Of a stretch of 64,000 nt of DNA, positions 40,694-51,238 are shown piece after piece. The notes under the pieces were generated by a model. That model was not told where the DNA came from, ran no database searches, and worked only from the letters and a program-made list of their open reading frames with translations. The stretch lies in the NCBI GenBank assembly GCA_902573705.1, contig CACGKR010000001.1, positions 11,175-75,174 of the forward strand. Reading direction: 5' to 3'. The stretch's first letter is position 1. The number at the start of each line of letters is the position of its first letter. Source of the stretch: an uncultured Pelagibacteraceae bacterium (lineage in GTDB: Bacteria > Pseudomonadota > Alphaproteobacteria > Pelagibacterales > Pelagibacteraceae). The position numbers were made by a program, and so were the translations under genes.

Positions 40694-41773
40694 ATGAATA
40701 AAGAATTCGTAAAATTTGATAAAGTAGATAAAAGCTATGATGGAAAAGTCTTAGTAGTTAAAGATCTTCAACTGGATATTGAAGAAGGAGAATTCGTTAC
40801 AATGTTAGGACCCTCTGGCTCTGGTAAAACTACTTGTTTAATGATGTTAGCAGGATTTGAAACACCAACTCATGGTGAAATTTATTTAGACGGAAAAGCA
40901 ATTTCAAGTATTCCTCCACATAAAAGAGGAATAGGAATGGTATTTCAAAATTATGCTTTATTTCCACACATGACTGTTTATGAAAATTTAGCGTTTCCTT
41001 TAAGAGTTAGAAAAATTCCTAAAGATGAAGCAGATAAAAAAATTGATAAAGCACTATCAATGGTATCATTACAAGGATTTGCTCAAAGAATGCCAGGTCA
41101 ATTATCTGGGGGACAACAACAAAGGGTTGCAGTAGCAAGATCTTTAGTTTTTGACCCACAACTTGTTTTGATGGATGAACCCCTTGGTGCTTTAGATAAA
41201 AATTTAAGAGAAAGTATGCAGTATGAGATTAAACATATTCATGAAAGTATAGGAGTAACAGTTGTTTATGTAACTCACGATCAAAGTGAAGCGCTTACAA
41301 TGTCTAACCGTATTGCTGTGTTCAATGATGGTAAAGTTCAACAACTATCTAGTCCAGATGAGCTTTATGAAAAGCCGGTTAATTCTTTTGTTGCTGAATT
41401 TATAGGAGAAAATAATACTTTTGCGGGAGAAGTTTCAGATATTTCAGGAGGGAAATGTAAAGTTAAGTTAGCTAATGCAGAAATTATGGCAAATCCAATT
41501 TCAGTTAAAGGAAAAGGTGAAAAAACAACTGTTTCTCTGAGGCCCGAAAGAGCATTGATTAATCCTAGTGACCAAATGGATAACATTCACAAAGGAAAAA
41601 TTGAGGAAGTTATTTATCATGGTGATCACACAAGAGTTAGAATTAATTTATTAGGAAACTCTGATTTTATTCTTAAAGTACCTAATAGCTCGTCTAATCT
41701 TGATATAAAATTAGGAAACGAAATTAAGATTGGCTGGAATAGTCAAGATGCTAGAGCATTAGACCCAAAATAA
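40694..41773 (+). CDS. potA: ABC transporter ATP-binding protein, PotA family
   Basis: GPSGSGKT, LSGGQQQR, MDEPLGALD, VTHDQ, TOBE-like tail. Confidence 0.9.
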   Translation: MNKEFVKFDKVDKSYDGKVLVVKDLQLDIEEGEFVTMLGPSGSGKTTCLMMLAGFETPTHGEIYLDGKAISSIPPHKRGIGMVFQNYALFPHMTVYENLAFPLRVRKIPKDEADKKIDKALSMVSLQGFAQRMPGQLSGGQQQRVAVARSLVFDPQLVLMDEPLGALDKNLRESMQYEIKHIHESIGVTVVYVTHDQSEALTMSNRIAVFNDGKVQQLSSPDELYEKPVNSFVAEFIGENNTFAGEVSDISGGKCKVKLANAEIMANPISVKGKGEKTTVSLRPERALINPSDQMDNIHKGKIEEVIYHGDHTRVRINLLGNSDFILKVPNSSSNLDIKLGNEIKIGWNSQDARALDPK

Positions 41774-41811
41774 ACACCTATTACATATTGTATAACTTAC
41801 AAAAAGGGCTG

Positions 41812-41840
41812 TTGACTCTCATTATCGATCTTGCTGTAAT
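41812..41840 (+). promoter_or_regulatory. Internal sigma70-like promoter for the binding-protein gene
   Basis: TTGACT-17 nt-TGTAAT; GGAGG at 41866-41870. Confidence 0.7.
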
Positions 41841-41874
41841 TGGTTTTTATAAAAAACGTTTAAACGGAGGAAAA

Positions 41875-42996
41875 ATGAAAACAATTAGTAAATTATTACT
41901 AGCCATTTCTTTTGCTATCTCTGTAACTACTTCAGCATTTGCAGTAACTGCAGTTTCTTGGGGTGGAGCTTACACAGAGTCTCAAAAGTTAGGTTATGGT
42001 GATCCTACTGGTAAAGCCCTTGGTATAACAATCAATTGGGTTGATTATTCAGGTGGATTATCTGAGATCAAAGCGCAAAAAGAAGCTGGCAAAATTACGT
42101 GGGATATAATCGACGTATTTGCAATGGACACTATCACAGGATGTGACGAAGGATTATTTGTTGAGTTTGATTTCGACAAAGACTTTCCACCTGCACCAGA
42201 TGGAACTCCAGCAAGTAAAGATTTCTTTACTGCTATGCCAAGTAAATGTGCTGTAGGAAATATTCTATATTCTTGGAACTATGCTTATAACTCAGAAAAT
42301 GTTAAAGGCACTCCAAAGACTATCAAAGATTTCTTTAACACAAAAAAATTTCCTGGCAAAAGAGCTATCTACAATAGCGCTCTAACAAATTTAGAGATCG
42401 CTTTAGCTGCAGATGGTATCAAACCTGGAAAAGGTGGAGCAAAAATCTATAAAGCTTTAAACACAGAAAAAGGTGTTGATAGAGCAATGAATAAGATCAA
42501 AGAATTATGTACAGATCCTAAAGGCGGATGTGTATTTTGGTCTGCAGGTGCTCAACCACCAGAACTATTAATGAGCGGTGAAGTTGTTATGGCAACTGGT
42601 TGGAATGGTAGATTCTTTAACGCTATCGTTGGAGAAGGTGCACCACTAGTTCAAGTATGGGATGGACAAGGTCTTGACTACGAATACTTCGTACAAGTTA
42701 AGGGTGGACCAAACGATGCTAATGGTATGGCTAAAAAAGCTTTAGCTATGATGACTAGCACAGAAATGTTAGCAGGAAGTGCGAAATATATCGCATATGC
42801 TCCTTGGAGAAAATCTTCTATAGCTATTATGGAAGCAGGAGAGCCTTGGTATAAAGATGGTAAGACTAATATGGTACCACAAATGCCAACTGCACCAGCT
42901 AATACTAAAAATTACTTCTTAGTAGATCCACTTTACTGGGCTGACAACGGTACAGAGCTTGGTGAAAAATGGGAAGCTATGAAAGCTGGTCTATAA
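41875..42996 (+). CDS. ABC transporter substrate-binding protein, PotD/PotF fold (possibly an osmolyte binder)
   Basis: Signal peptide MKTISK..SAFA, SWGGAY, WDIID, FPGKR, WNGR; ATG 41875 follows GGAGG (track start 41788 is too long). Confidence 0.88.
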   Translation: MKTISKLLLAISFAISVTTSAFAVTAVSWGGAYTESQKLGYGDPTGKALGITINWVDYSGGLSEIKAQKEAGKITWDIIDVFAMDTITGCDEGLFVEFDFDKDFPPAPDGTPASKDFFTAMPSKCAVGNILYSWNYAYNSENVKGTPKTIKDFFNTKKFPGKRAIYNSALTNLEIALAADGIKPGKGGAKIYKALNTEKGVDRAMNKIKELCTDPKGGCVFWSAGAQPPELLMSGEVVMATGWNGRFFNAIVGEGAPLVQVWDGQGLDYEYFVQVKGGPNDANGMAKKALAMMTSTEMLAGSAKYIAYAPWRKSSIAIMEAGEPWYKDGKTNMVPQMPTAPANTKNYFLVDPLYWADNGTELGEKWEAMKAGL

Positions 42997-43033
42997 TTTA
43001 AGTTTTATTAAACTTAATTATATATTATAATTT

Positions 43034-43067
43034 AAGGGCGGTTATCTGATAACCGCCCTTTTTATTT
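43034..43067 (+). terminator. Intra-operonic stem-loop/terminator after the binding-protein gene
   Basis: AAGGGCGGTTATC-T-GATAACCGCCCTT followed by TTTATTT. Confidence 0.85.
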
Positions 43068-44321
43068 ATGAGCTCAGAAACAAAACAAATTTTAACAACA
43101 GATGGAATTCCCTTAGAGGTAAGTCTTAAAAAAGCTGAAAGAAGAAACAAAATTAAAGCCTTCTTGTTAGTAGCTCCTTTACTATTATTTATAATTATCA
43201 CTTATGTTCTTCCTATTGGAGACATGCTCATGAGAAGTGTAGATGATAAGATGGTTACTCAAATGCTTCCCAAAACTTTTAAAGCTATGGAAAAATGGGA
43301 TGGGAAAGAGTTACCAGAGGAAGAAGTTTTTGCTGCTTTTCATTCAGATTTCATAAAGTTAGTAGAGGAAAAACGTGAGGGAAAATTATCTACACAACTA
43401 AATTATACAAAAAACGGATTTAAAAGTATTATTAAAAAATTAAGAAGAAAATCAAAATCCTTTGAAGATGGAAATTATAAAGAACAAATAATGGCAGTCC
43501 ACAAAAGATGGGCCAATGTTGAATATTGGCAAGCGATTAAAAGAAGAGCCCCAGCATATACTGGCCAGAAATATCTAAAGGGTATGGATATGTTCAAAAA
43601 TGAAAGTGGAGAAATAGTTAGTGTTCCAGAAGATAGAAGGATTCATAGAGTTCTATGGTTAAGAACTTTAGAAATTGCATTCTTTGTAACAGTGTTTTGT
43701 TTTTTAATGGCATATCCAATAGCTCATTTGTTGGCAACTTTACCTATGAAGTATAGCAACTTACTAATGATCTGTGTCCTTCTTCCATTTTGGACATCAT
43801 TACTTGTAAGAACAGCTAGTTGGATGATTTTGTTGCAACAACAGGGTTTGGTTAATGATTTCTTTGTTGGGATAGGATTAGTGGCCGATGATAATAGGCC
43901 TGAAATGATGTTTAATAAAACAGGTAGCTATGTTGCAATGACACAGATTTTGTTACCTTTTATGGTTTTGCCACTTTATAGTGTAATGAAAACAATTTCC
44001 CCAAGCTTGATGAGAGCTGGAAAGTCTTTGGGCGGAACCCCTTTTGTGGCTTTTTGGAAAGTTTATTTTCCATTAACTATCCCAGGTATTGGAGCTGGTT
44101 GTTTATTAGTTTTTATACTAGCTATAGGTTATTATATAACTCCAGCATTAGTTGGAGGAGCCTCTGGTACATTGATTAGTAACCAAATTGCTTTTCATAT
44201 GAAGAGTACACTTGATTGGAGTTTTGCATCAGCAATGGGCTTAATGTTATTGACTGGAGTTTTAGCAATTTACTGGGTGTATAATAAATTAGTTGGAATA
44301 GATAACATTAAATTAGGATAA
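43068..44321 (+). CDS. potB: ABC transporter permease, PotB family with large periplasmic insertion
   Basis: LLPFWTSLLVRT, LPFMVLPLY, AGKSLGG, YITPALVGG. Confidence 0.88.
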   Translation: MSSETKQILTTDGIPLEVSLKKAERRNKIKAFLLVAPLLLFIIITYVLPIGDMLMRSVDDKMVTQMLPKTFKAMEKWDGKELPEEEVFAAFHSDFIKLVEEKREGKLSTQLNYTKNGFKSIIKKLRRKSKSFEDGNYKEQIMAVHKRWANVEYWQAIKRRAPAYTGQKYLKGMDMFKNESGEIVSVPEDRRIHRVLWLRTLEIAFFVTVFCFLMAYPIAHLLATLPMKYSNLLMICVLLPFWTSLLVRTASWMILLQQQGLVNDFFVGIGLVADDNRPEMMFNKTGSYVAMTQILLPFMVLPLYSVMKTISPSLMRAGKSLGGTPFVAFWKVYFPLTIPGIGAGCLLVFILAIGYYITPALVGGASGTLISNQIAFHMKSTLDWSFASAMGLMLLTGVLAIYWVYNKLVGIDNIKLG

Positions 44322-44325
44322 AAAG

Positions 44326-45180
44326 ATGGCTTTACCAAAATATACAGAACCGCATTATAGAATTTGGCATTATATTTATTTAACTATTTGTGCGGCAGTT
44401 TTCTTTTTTCTTATAGCTCCATTATTCGTAATTTTTCCATTATCTTTTAACGCTGAAGAATTTTTAGTTTTTTCTGATGGAATGAAAAGTCTAGATCCTG
44501 ATGCGTTTTCATTAAGATGGTATAAGGACATGATTTATGGAACCAAAAATCCTTGGGGTTTAGCTACAAAAAATAGTTTTATTATTGCGATCTTTGCAAC
44601 GATTGGCTCAGTCATTTTGGGAACAGTTGCTGCGTTAGGTTTAAGCAGCAGACATATGCCTTACAAAGGTTTAATCATGGCTGTTTTAATATCCCCAATG
44701 ATTGTACCATTAATTATTTCTGGAGTAGCAATATTTTTTTTTATGGCTAAAGCTGGTTTGGCAGCAACTCATTTAGGAATAATTCTTGCACATATTATTT
44801 TAGGCACACCATTTGTAGTTATAACAGTTACTGCTACTTTATCAGGGTTTGATCATAGTGTTACGAGAGCTGCAGCAAGTCTTGGTAGTAATCCAGTTAA
44901 TACTTTTATGAAAATTACTCTACCACTAATTTTACCAGGTGTTATCTCGGGTGGACTATTTGCTTTTGTAACTTCATTTGATGAAGTCGTAGTAGTCTTA
45001 TTCTTGGCTGGATTAGAAAACACAACTATACCAATTCAGATGTGGACAGGTTTAAGAGAACAGTTAAGTCCAACTATTCTTGCAGTTGCAACTTGTCTAA
45101 TCATTTTATCAACATTAATATTAGTTACTGCTGAACTCTTAAGAAGAAGGTCTGAGAGACTCAGAGGTATAAATCAATAG
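44326..45180 (+). CDS. potC: ABC transporter permease, PotC family
   Basis: FSLRWY, SPMIVP, AAASLGS, FVTSFDE. Confidence 0.88.
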   Translation: MALPKYTEPHYRIWHYIYLTICAAVFFFLIAPLFVIFPLSFNAEEFLVFSDGMKSLDPDAFSLRWYKDMIYGTKNPWGLATKNSFIIAIFATIGSVILGTVAALGLSSRHMPYKGLIMAVLISPMIVPLIISGVAIFFFMAKAGLAATHLGIILAHIILGTPFVVITVTATLSGFDHSVTRAAASLGSNPVNTFMKITLPLILPGVISGGLFAFVTSFDEVVVVLFLAGLENTTIPIQMWTGLREQLSPTILAVATCLIILSTLILVTAELLRRRSERLRGINQ

Positions 45181-45193
45181 CAAATATCATTTT

Positions 45194-47416
45194 ATGAAGA
45201 TCAAGAATGTAGTAGTGATTGGTTCAGGAACAATGGGAAGTGGGATAGCTGCTCATTTATGTAATGCAAGCGTGCCAGTGACCTTACTAGATTTAAAAAC
45301 AGAAATTAGTGAAAAAGCTAGAGATAGAATTTATAAATCAAGACCACCTTTGTTAATCGATAAATCTAAAATCAATAACATTAAAGTTGGAAATATAAAT
45401 GACGATTTTAATGCAGTTGAGGATGCTGATTGGGTAGTCGAGGCAGTTGTAGAAAGAATCGATATTAAACACCAAATTTATGAAAAAATTTTTAAATCAA
45501 GAAAAGATGGGGCAATTGTTTCTTCAAACACATCATCTATTCCAATTAAAGTTTTATCAGAAAATTTAACTGATAAAGAAAAAAAAGATTTTTGCATTAC
45601 ACACTTTTTTAATCCAGTTAGATATATGGGTCTTTTAGAAATTGTTAAAAATGAAAATAATGATCTTAATAAAATTAACCAGTTAAAAGAATTTTGTGAA
45701 GTAGAACTGGGCAAAGGGGCGATTATATGTAACGATACCCCAGGTTTTTTAGGGAATAGAGTTGGTGTATACGCTATGCAAATAGCCATGACTGAAGCTT
45801 TTAAAATGAAGCTTTCAGTTGAAGAAGCTGATGCGATCTTTGGAAGACCAATGGGAATTCCAAAAACTGGTGTATTTGGACTTTATGACTTAATTGGTAT
45901 TGATTTAATGGCTGACGTTCTAAAAAGTTTTATAAAGGAATTACCAGAAACAGATGAATTTCATGGAGTAGCAAAAGAAATTCCTTTAGTAAAAAAATTA
46001 ATTGAGTCAGGTTATACTGGAAGAAAAGGCAAGGGTGGCTTTTATAGAATAAACAAAACAGGAGCCACAAAAGTTATGGAGGCAATCAATCTTGAAACTG
46101 GCGATTATTTTCCTAGTAAAAAGATTGACGTAAAATCAGACAAAGTAGATCTTAAAGGATTAATTGATAGAAAAGACAAATATGGAGAATATGCATGGTC
46201 AGTAATATCTAAAATAATTAAATATGCATCTTCATTAGTCCCAGGAATTACAAAAGAATTTAATGATATTGATGAGGCGATGAGACTTGGTTTTAATTGG
46301 GCTAAAGGTCCTTTTGAAATGCTTGAGGAAATAGGGGTTAAAACCTTTTTTGATAAAGTTGATGAGTTTAAGGGAAATAACTTTTTAGAAAGTTTATCGA
46401 AAACAAAAAACGAGGATTTTTATGGTGAAAGACAAAAATATACAAATATAGAAACTTTAGGAAAAGTTAAAAAAACAGCATCAAGTTTAGATGGAAATGA
46501 TTCTGCTAAAATTTACAGGTTCAATGATTATAATATTGTTGAGTTCACTACTAAAGCTAACGCTTTAGATTATGACTCTATGGATGCTCTTAAAAAAGCT
46601 ACAGATAAACCTTTAGTAATAATAAATGAAAGTATGCAGTTTTCAGCAGGAGTAAACTTAACATATACAATGCAGTTTGCAGACAAAAAAGATTTTAAAT
46701 CAATTGAAAAATTTATAAAATATTTTCAAGAAACATGTAAACATTTAAAATATTCAAAGTATCCAGTGATTTCAGCTCCTTCAGGATTGACATTAGGTGG
46801 TGGTTTTGAAGTAATGGTGCAAAGTAATTTTGTTGCCTCTCATACAAATATAGTTGTGGGATTAGTTGAAACTATTGTTGGTTTAATTCCAGCAGGTGGT
46901 GGGTGTAAAGAGATGTTAGCGAGGTGGCTTGATACAGACGAAGCAAAAGCAGATCCAAATTATGCTCCTCTAAAAGTTTTTGATATTATTGGATATGGAA
47001 AGACAGCTACATCTCCTGTTGAGGCAGAACCAATGAAATATTTAAGACCAAGTGATAAAAAAATAATGAATAGAAATAGTTTATTGGAAATTTCAAAAAA
47101 AATTTTTATGGAAAATAAAGACTTCAAAGCACCTGAAGAATTAAAATTTAACCTTCCTGGAAAAGCAGTAAGGGGAGAGATGGATCAAATATTAAATAAA
47201 CTTTATAATGATAAAATAATATTAGAACATGGTGTTGAGGTAGCTAAGGAGCTAGCACATGTTTTGAGTGGGGGTGATACTTCAATCGATAAAACTTTAT
47301 CTGAAGATGATTTGTTTAAACTAGAGCTTGATGCTTTTATGAGATTAATTGAAACTCAAAAAACTCAAGATCGAATTAAACACACGCTTGCAACAGGTAA
47401 ACCTTTAGTTAATTAA
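45194..47416 (+). CDS. 3-hydroxyacyl-CoA dehydrogenase / enoyl-CoA hydratase fusion (FadN/FadB-like)
   Basis: GSGTMGSG, EAVVER, SNTSS, HFFNP, PGFLGNR; C-terminal crotonase (LGGGFE, GLIPAGGG). Confidence 0.92.
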   Translation: MKIKNVVVIGSGTMGSGIAAHLCNASVPVTLLDLKTEISEKARDRIYKSRPPLLIDKSKINNIKVGNINDDFNAVEDADWVVEAVVERIDIKHQIYEKIFKSRKDGAIVSSNTSSIPIKVLSENLTDKEKKDFCITHFFNPVRYMGLLEIVKNENNDLNKINQLKEFCEVELGKGAIICNDTPGFLGNRVGVYAMQIAMTEAFKMKLSVEEADAIFGRPMGIPKTGVFGLYDLIGIDLMADVLKSFIKELPETDEFHGVAKEIPLVKKLIESGYTGRKGKGGFYRINKTGATKVMEAINLETGDYFPSKKIDVKSDKVDLKGLIDRKDKYGEYAWSVISKIIKYASSLVPGITKEFNDIDEAMRLGFNWAKGPFEMLEEIGVKTFFDKVDEFKGNNFLESLSKTKNEDFYGERQKYTNIETLGKVKKTASSLDGNDSAKIYRFNDYNIVEFTTKANALDYDSMDALKKATDKPLVIINESMQFSAGVNLTYTMQFADKKDFKSIEKFIKYFQETCKHLKYSKYPVISAPSGLTLGGGFEVMVQSNFVASHTNIVVGLVETIVGLIPAGGGCKEMLARWLDTDEAKADPNYAPLKVFDIIGYGKTATSPVEAEPMKYLRPSDKKIMNRNSLLEISKKIFMENKDFKAPEELKFNLPGKAVRGEMDQILNKLYNDKIILEHGVEVAKELAHVLSGGDTSIDKTLSEDDLFKLELDAFMRLIETQKTQDRIKHTLATGKPLVN

Positions 47417-48052
47417 CATTTTTAAAGAATTTATAAAGTCAGGCCTTAATACGTATTGTGACTTATCTAAATATTTTATTTTTTCCAGAGCTTCTAATCC
47501 ATAAATTACCTTTCCTATTGGGGTATATTCAGTTTCATATAATGGTTCGTCTCTAAGAATTATAAAGAACTGACTATCTTCAGTATTATATTTTTGTGTT
47601 CTTACTAAGCCAACACTACCTTTGTTAAAGCTAAAAGGAGCATCTATTTCTGAATTAATTGTTCCTAATCCAGATTTGCCAGTTCCAATCTTTCCATAAT
47701 TTAAATTTCCTTTTTTACCAAACTCTAGGTCCCCTGCTTGAACAAGTGTGTCCTTTATTACTCTATGGAAAGCTATATCATTATATGCCTCTGATTTAAC
47801 TAATCTTTTAAATCTTTCAACTGCCTTTGGTGAAATATCTGGATAAAGTTCAATTATTACATTTCCACAATCAACATTTAATATTGCAATATTTTTTGGA
47901 TTGTTAAAACTAATCTTTTGAGGATCATAATTTTTTACAAATAAACATTTATCTTTTATCAAAATGAAAGAACCAAAAGAAAATAATGCTAAAATTATTA
48001 TAAATATAAAAATTATTTTTTCTGATCTCGATGCCTTAATTTTTTTGATCAT
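47405..48052 (-). CDS. Membrane-anchored cyclophilin-type peptidyl-prolyl isomerase
   Basis: N-terminal TM, FHRVI, QAGD, SQFFI, GKVIYG. Confidence 0.85.
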   Translation of the reverse strand: MIKKIKASRSEKIIFIFIIILALFSFGSFILIKDKCLFVKNYDPQKISFNNPKNIAILNVDCGNVIIELYPDISPKAVERFKRLVKSEAYNDIAFHRVIKDTLVQAGDLEFGKKGNLNYGKIGTGKSGLGTINSEIDAPFSFNKGSVGLVRTQKYNTEDSQFFIILRDEPLYETEYTPIGKVIYGLEALEKIKYLDKSQYVLRPDFINSLKMLIN

Positions 48053-48771
48053 AAAATAAAATTATTATCAATTTTTAATAGATTTGATTTAATAAAATCT
48101 ATTTTTTTTTCTAAAATTGGATCAAGGTTTTTTAAATTTACACCAATCATTAAATGTGAAAAAACTTCTGCCATATCTTCAGATGCTGTAGATTGCGAAT
48201 ATTCAGAAAAAAAACCTTTAGTATTAGTATATGTATCTAATCCTAATTTATCTGTACAAGTAGAACATTTAGCATACTCAAATTCTTCGTTATTGAAACT
48301 AGACCAAATTTTTTTGCTAAATATATCTTTAAAATTATCATTTATAATATGGAATACCTCATGATGAATTACACGTTCAAAATAGTCCTCATTAAATTTA
48401 ATATCTAGGATTAGAGTTTTCATTATATTATCTGGAATCCCAGCGGTATTAATCTTTGATATAGATAAATCTTCGCATAAAACAATATATTTTAGATTAA
48501 TTTTTTTAAGAAAATTTTGATTGTATCTATTTAGATTTTTTTGAATTACTTTATATTTTTGATCAAGGATCTTTTTTTCAGAATTGTAACAACTTATATT
48601 GTTATCTACTCCTAATGTGAAGGGTTGTTTAGCATATAAGTATCTTAGCTTGTTTGGAGTTTTGATATCGTAAATTTCTAAATTTGGAATTTTTATAAGA
48701 TTATAAATAGTATCAGCTTGAGTTTGAGTAAAAACAAATAAAGATAGTATAATTAATCTAATTAAGTTCAT
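48049..48771 (-). CDS. Exported putative zinc metallopeptidase
   Basis: Signal peptide; HHEVFH (HExxH) and downstream EDMAEVF. Confidence 0.7.
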   Translation of the reverse strand: MNLIRLIILSLFVFTQTQADTIYNLIKIPNLEIYDIKTPNKLRYLYAKQPFTLGVDNNISCYNSEKKILDQKYKVIQKNLNRYNQNFLKKINLKYIVLCEDLSISKINTAGIPDNIMKTLILDIKFNEDYFERVIHHEVFHIINDNFKDIFSKKIWSSFNNEEFEYAKCSTCTDKLGLDTYTNTKGFFSEYSQSTASEDMAEVFSHLMIGVNLKNLDPILEKKIDFIKSNLLKIDNNFIL

Positions 48772-48824
48772 ATATTTACATATAGAAGATATTCCAATTT
48801 AGACGAATGTGATACAATTTTACT

Positions 48825-49784
48825 GTGAAAAAAAAAAGAAATAAAAATCCAATCCAACCAGTAAGTGGAACAAAAGTACCACGGTTTGCCGGGCCTTCAA
48901 CGTTTGCAAGACTACCCGAGTTAAGAGATGTTGAAAGTTGTGATGTCGCAATTGTTGGGATACCATTTGATGCTGGAACTAGTTACAGACCAGGTGCAAG
49001 ATTTGGACCACAAAGTATAAGGCAAGCCTCTAGACATTTAAGAACAAATTATCACCCAAGTTATGATGTTGAACCTTTTAAAATACAACAAGTTGCTGAT
49101 GCAGGGGATATTACTTGCAACCCATTTAATATAGATGAGGCAATCAAACAAATAGAGACAGGAGCAACAGAATTATTGAATAAAGTGGGCGGAATTATTA
49201 GTCTTGGTGGTGATCATACAATTGCATTTCCTTTGTTAAAAGCAGTGAATAAAATTAATAATGGTCCAGTAGCTTTAGTTCATTTTGATGCGCATTTGGA
49301 TACTTGGGATACTTATTTTGGAGCACCATACACACATGGAACTCCTTTTAGAAGAGCAAGAGAAGAAAACTTATTTTTAGATGATGCATCTATGCATGTA
49401 GGTATAAGAGGTCCTCTGTACAGTAGAGATGATTTAAAAAATGATGAAAGTTTTGGATTTAAGATAATTCATTGTGATGAATTTCAAACTCAAGGTACTG
49501 ATAAGATAGCAGAAAGAATTAAAAAAAGAGTTGGGAGCAATCCTTTATATTTATCTATTGATATAGATGTATTGGATCCTGCTTTTGCTCCTGGAACTGG
49601 AACGCCAGAAATTGCAGGAATGACTTCAAGAGAAATGGTGAATACTATAAGAGGTTTGTCAGGTTTAAATTTAATTTCAGCTGATGTAGTTGAGGTTTCA
49701 CCAGCTTATGATCATGCTGAAGTAACCTCGCTTGCTGCAGCAACAATAGTTTATGAATTAACTAATTTGTTTGCAAAAAAATAA
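48825..49784 (+). CDS. speB: Agmatinase (ureohydrolase family)
   Basis: GARFGP, GGDHT, DAHLD, HGTPF, SIDIDVLDPAFAPGTGTPE, EVSPAYD; GTG start. Confidence 0.88.
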   Translation: MKKKRNKNPIQPVSGTKVPRFAGPSTFARLPELRDVESCDVAIVGIPFDAGTSYRPGARFGPQSIRQASRHLRTNYHPSYDVEPFKIQQVADAGDITCNPFNIDEAIKQIETGATELLNKVGGIISLGGDHTIAFPLLKAVNKINNGPVALVHFDAHLDTWDTYFGAPYTHGTPFRRAREENLFLDDASMHVGIRGPLYSRDDLKNDESFGFKIIHCDEFQTQGTDKIAERIKKRVGSNPLYLSIDIDVLDPAFAPGTGTPEIAGMTSREMVNTIRGLSGLNLISADVVEVSPAYDHAEVTSLAAATIVYELTNLFAKK

Positions 49785-49804
49785 GGAAAGGTTAGGAGTT
49801 AAAT

Positions 49805-51238
49805 ATGGAAAATAAAAAAAATTTTTATATTGATGGAAAATGGGTAACACCAAAAAGCAAAGAAGAAATAAATGTAATCGATCCTGCTACTGAGGAAGAA
49901 TGTGCTGTTATATCATTAGGTAATAAAGAAGATATAGATATCGCAGTCATGGCTGCAAAAAAAGCATATAGTTCTTGGTCATTCTCACTAAAAGAAGAAA
50001 GAATAAGATTATTAGAAAAGCTTTATGAAAATTATAAAAAAAGATGGGCAGATATTGCTAATGCTATCACTATTGAAATGGGTGCACCAAAAGATTTTGC
50101 TACAAAACTTCAAGCTGGAACAGGTGCAGCTCATTTAAAATCTTTTATAAGATATTTAAAAAATTTTGAATTTGAAAAACCACTAGGTGATCACGCTCCA
50201 AATCAAAGACTTATCTATGAACCAAAAGGAGTATGTGCACTAATAACTCCTTGGAATTGGCCAATGAACCAAGTTTGTTTAAAAGTTATGCCCGCAATTG
50301 CATCTGGATGCACAATGGTTTTAAAACCATCAGAACTTGCACCATTATCATCAATGATACTTGCTGAACTAATTAATGATACTAAATTTCCCCCGGGAGT
50401 ATTCAACTTAGTTAATGGAGATGGAGCTACAACGGGTGATGCGTTAACAAGCCATCCAGATATAAATATGATTTCTTTTACAGGCTCAACTAGGGCTGGC
50501 GCTTTGATTTCTCAGAATGCTGCTAAAGATTTTAAAAGAGTGAGTTTAGAATTAGGAGGCAAAGGTGCTAATATTATTTTTAAAGATGCTGATCCTGAGG
50601 CAATTGAAAGAGGCGCTTTAAGATGTTTCAGAAATTCTGGTCAATCGTGTAATGCTCCTACAAGAATGTTGGTAGAAAAATCCATGTATAGTGAGGCAAT
50701 AGAAAGATTAAAAAGATATACAGAAAATTTTGAAGTAGGTGATCCTAAAAAAGAAGGAGAGCATATAGGTCCAGTGATTTCTGAAAATCAATATAACAAA
50801 ATTCAAACTTTAATTAAAAAAGGAATTGATGAAGGTGCTAAATTAGTTGCAGGTGGACCAGGTAAACCAGAAGGTTTAGATAAAGGTTATTTTGTAAAAC
50901 CTACTGTATTTGCAGATGTTAATAATAAAATGGAAGTTGCAAGAACAGAAATTTTTGGACCAGTATTATCAGTAATTCCATTTGAGACTGAAGAGGAAGC
51001 AATAGAAATAGCTAACGACACACCCTATGGTTTAACAAATTATATTCAAACTAAAGACTCAGAAAAAATAAAAAGAGTAGCAAGAAGGTTAAGATCAGGA
51101 ATGGTTGATGTAAATGGAGCAGGTATTGCAGTTGATGCTCCATTCGGAGGCTTTAAACATTCTGGAATAGGAAGAGAAGCCGGAGAACATGGATTAGAGG
51201 AATTTCTAGAAGTAAAATCTGTAGGTGGTTGGAGTTAA
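49805..51238 (+). CDS. Aldehyde dehydrogenase
   Basis: TPWNWP, FTGS, LELGGKG, GQSCNAP, EIFGP. Confidence 0.92.
   Translation: MENKKNFYIDGKWVTPKSKEEINVIDPATEEECAVISLGNKEDIDIAVMAAKKAYSSWSFSLKEERIRLLEKLYENYKKRWADIANAITIEMGAPKDFATKLQAGTGAAHLKSFIRYLKNFEFEKPLGDHAPNQRLIYEPKGVCALITPWNWPMNQVCLKVMPAIASGCTMVLKPSELAPLSSMILAELINDTKFPPGVFNLVNGDGATTGDALTSHPDINMISFTGSTRAGALISQNAAKDFKRVSLELGGKGANIIFKDADPEAIERGALRCFRNSGQSCNAPTRMLVEKSMYSEAIERLKRYTENFEVGDPKKEGEHIGPVISENQYNKIQTLIKKGIDEGAKLVAGGPGKPEGLDKGYFVKPTVFADVNNKMEVARTEIFGPVLSVIPFETEEEAIEIANDTPYGLTNYIQTKDSEKIKRVARRLRSGMVDVNGAGIAVDAPFGGFKHSGIGREAGEHGLEEFLEVKSVGGWS

Noticed and set aside
41788-41874. N-terminal extension of the binding protein in the ORF track
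   Set aside because: The region holds the promoter and SD; the signal peptide begins at ATG 41875
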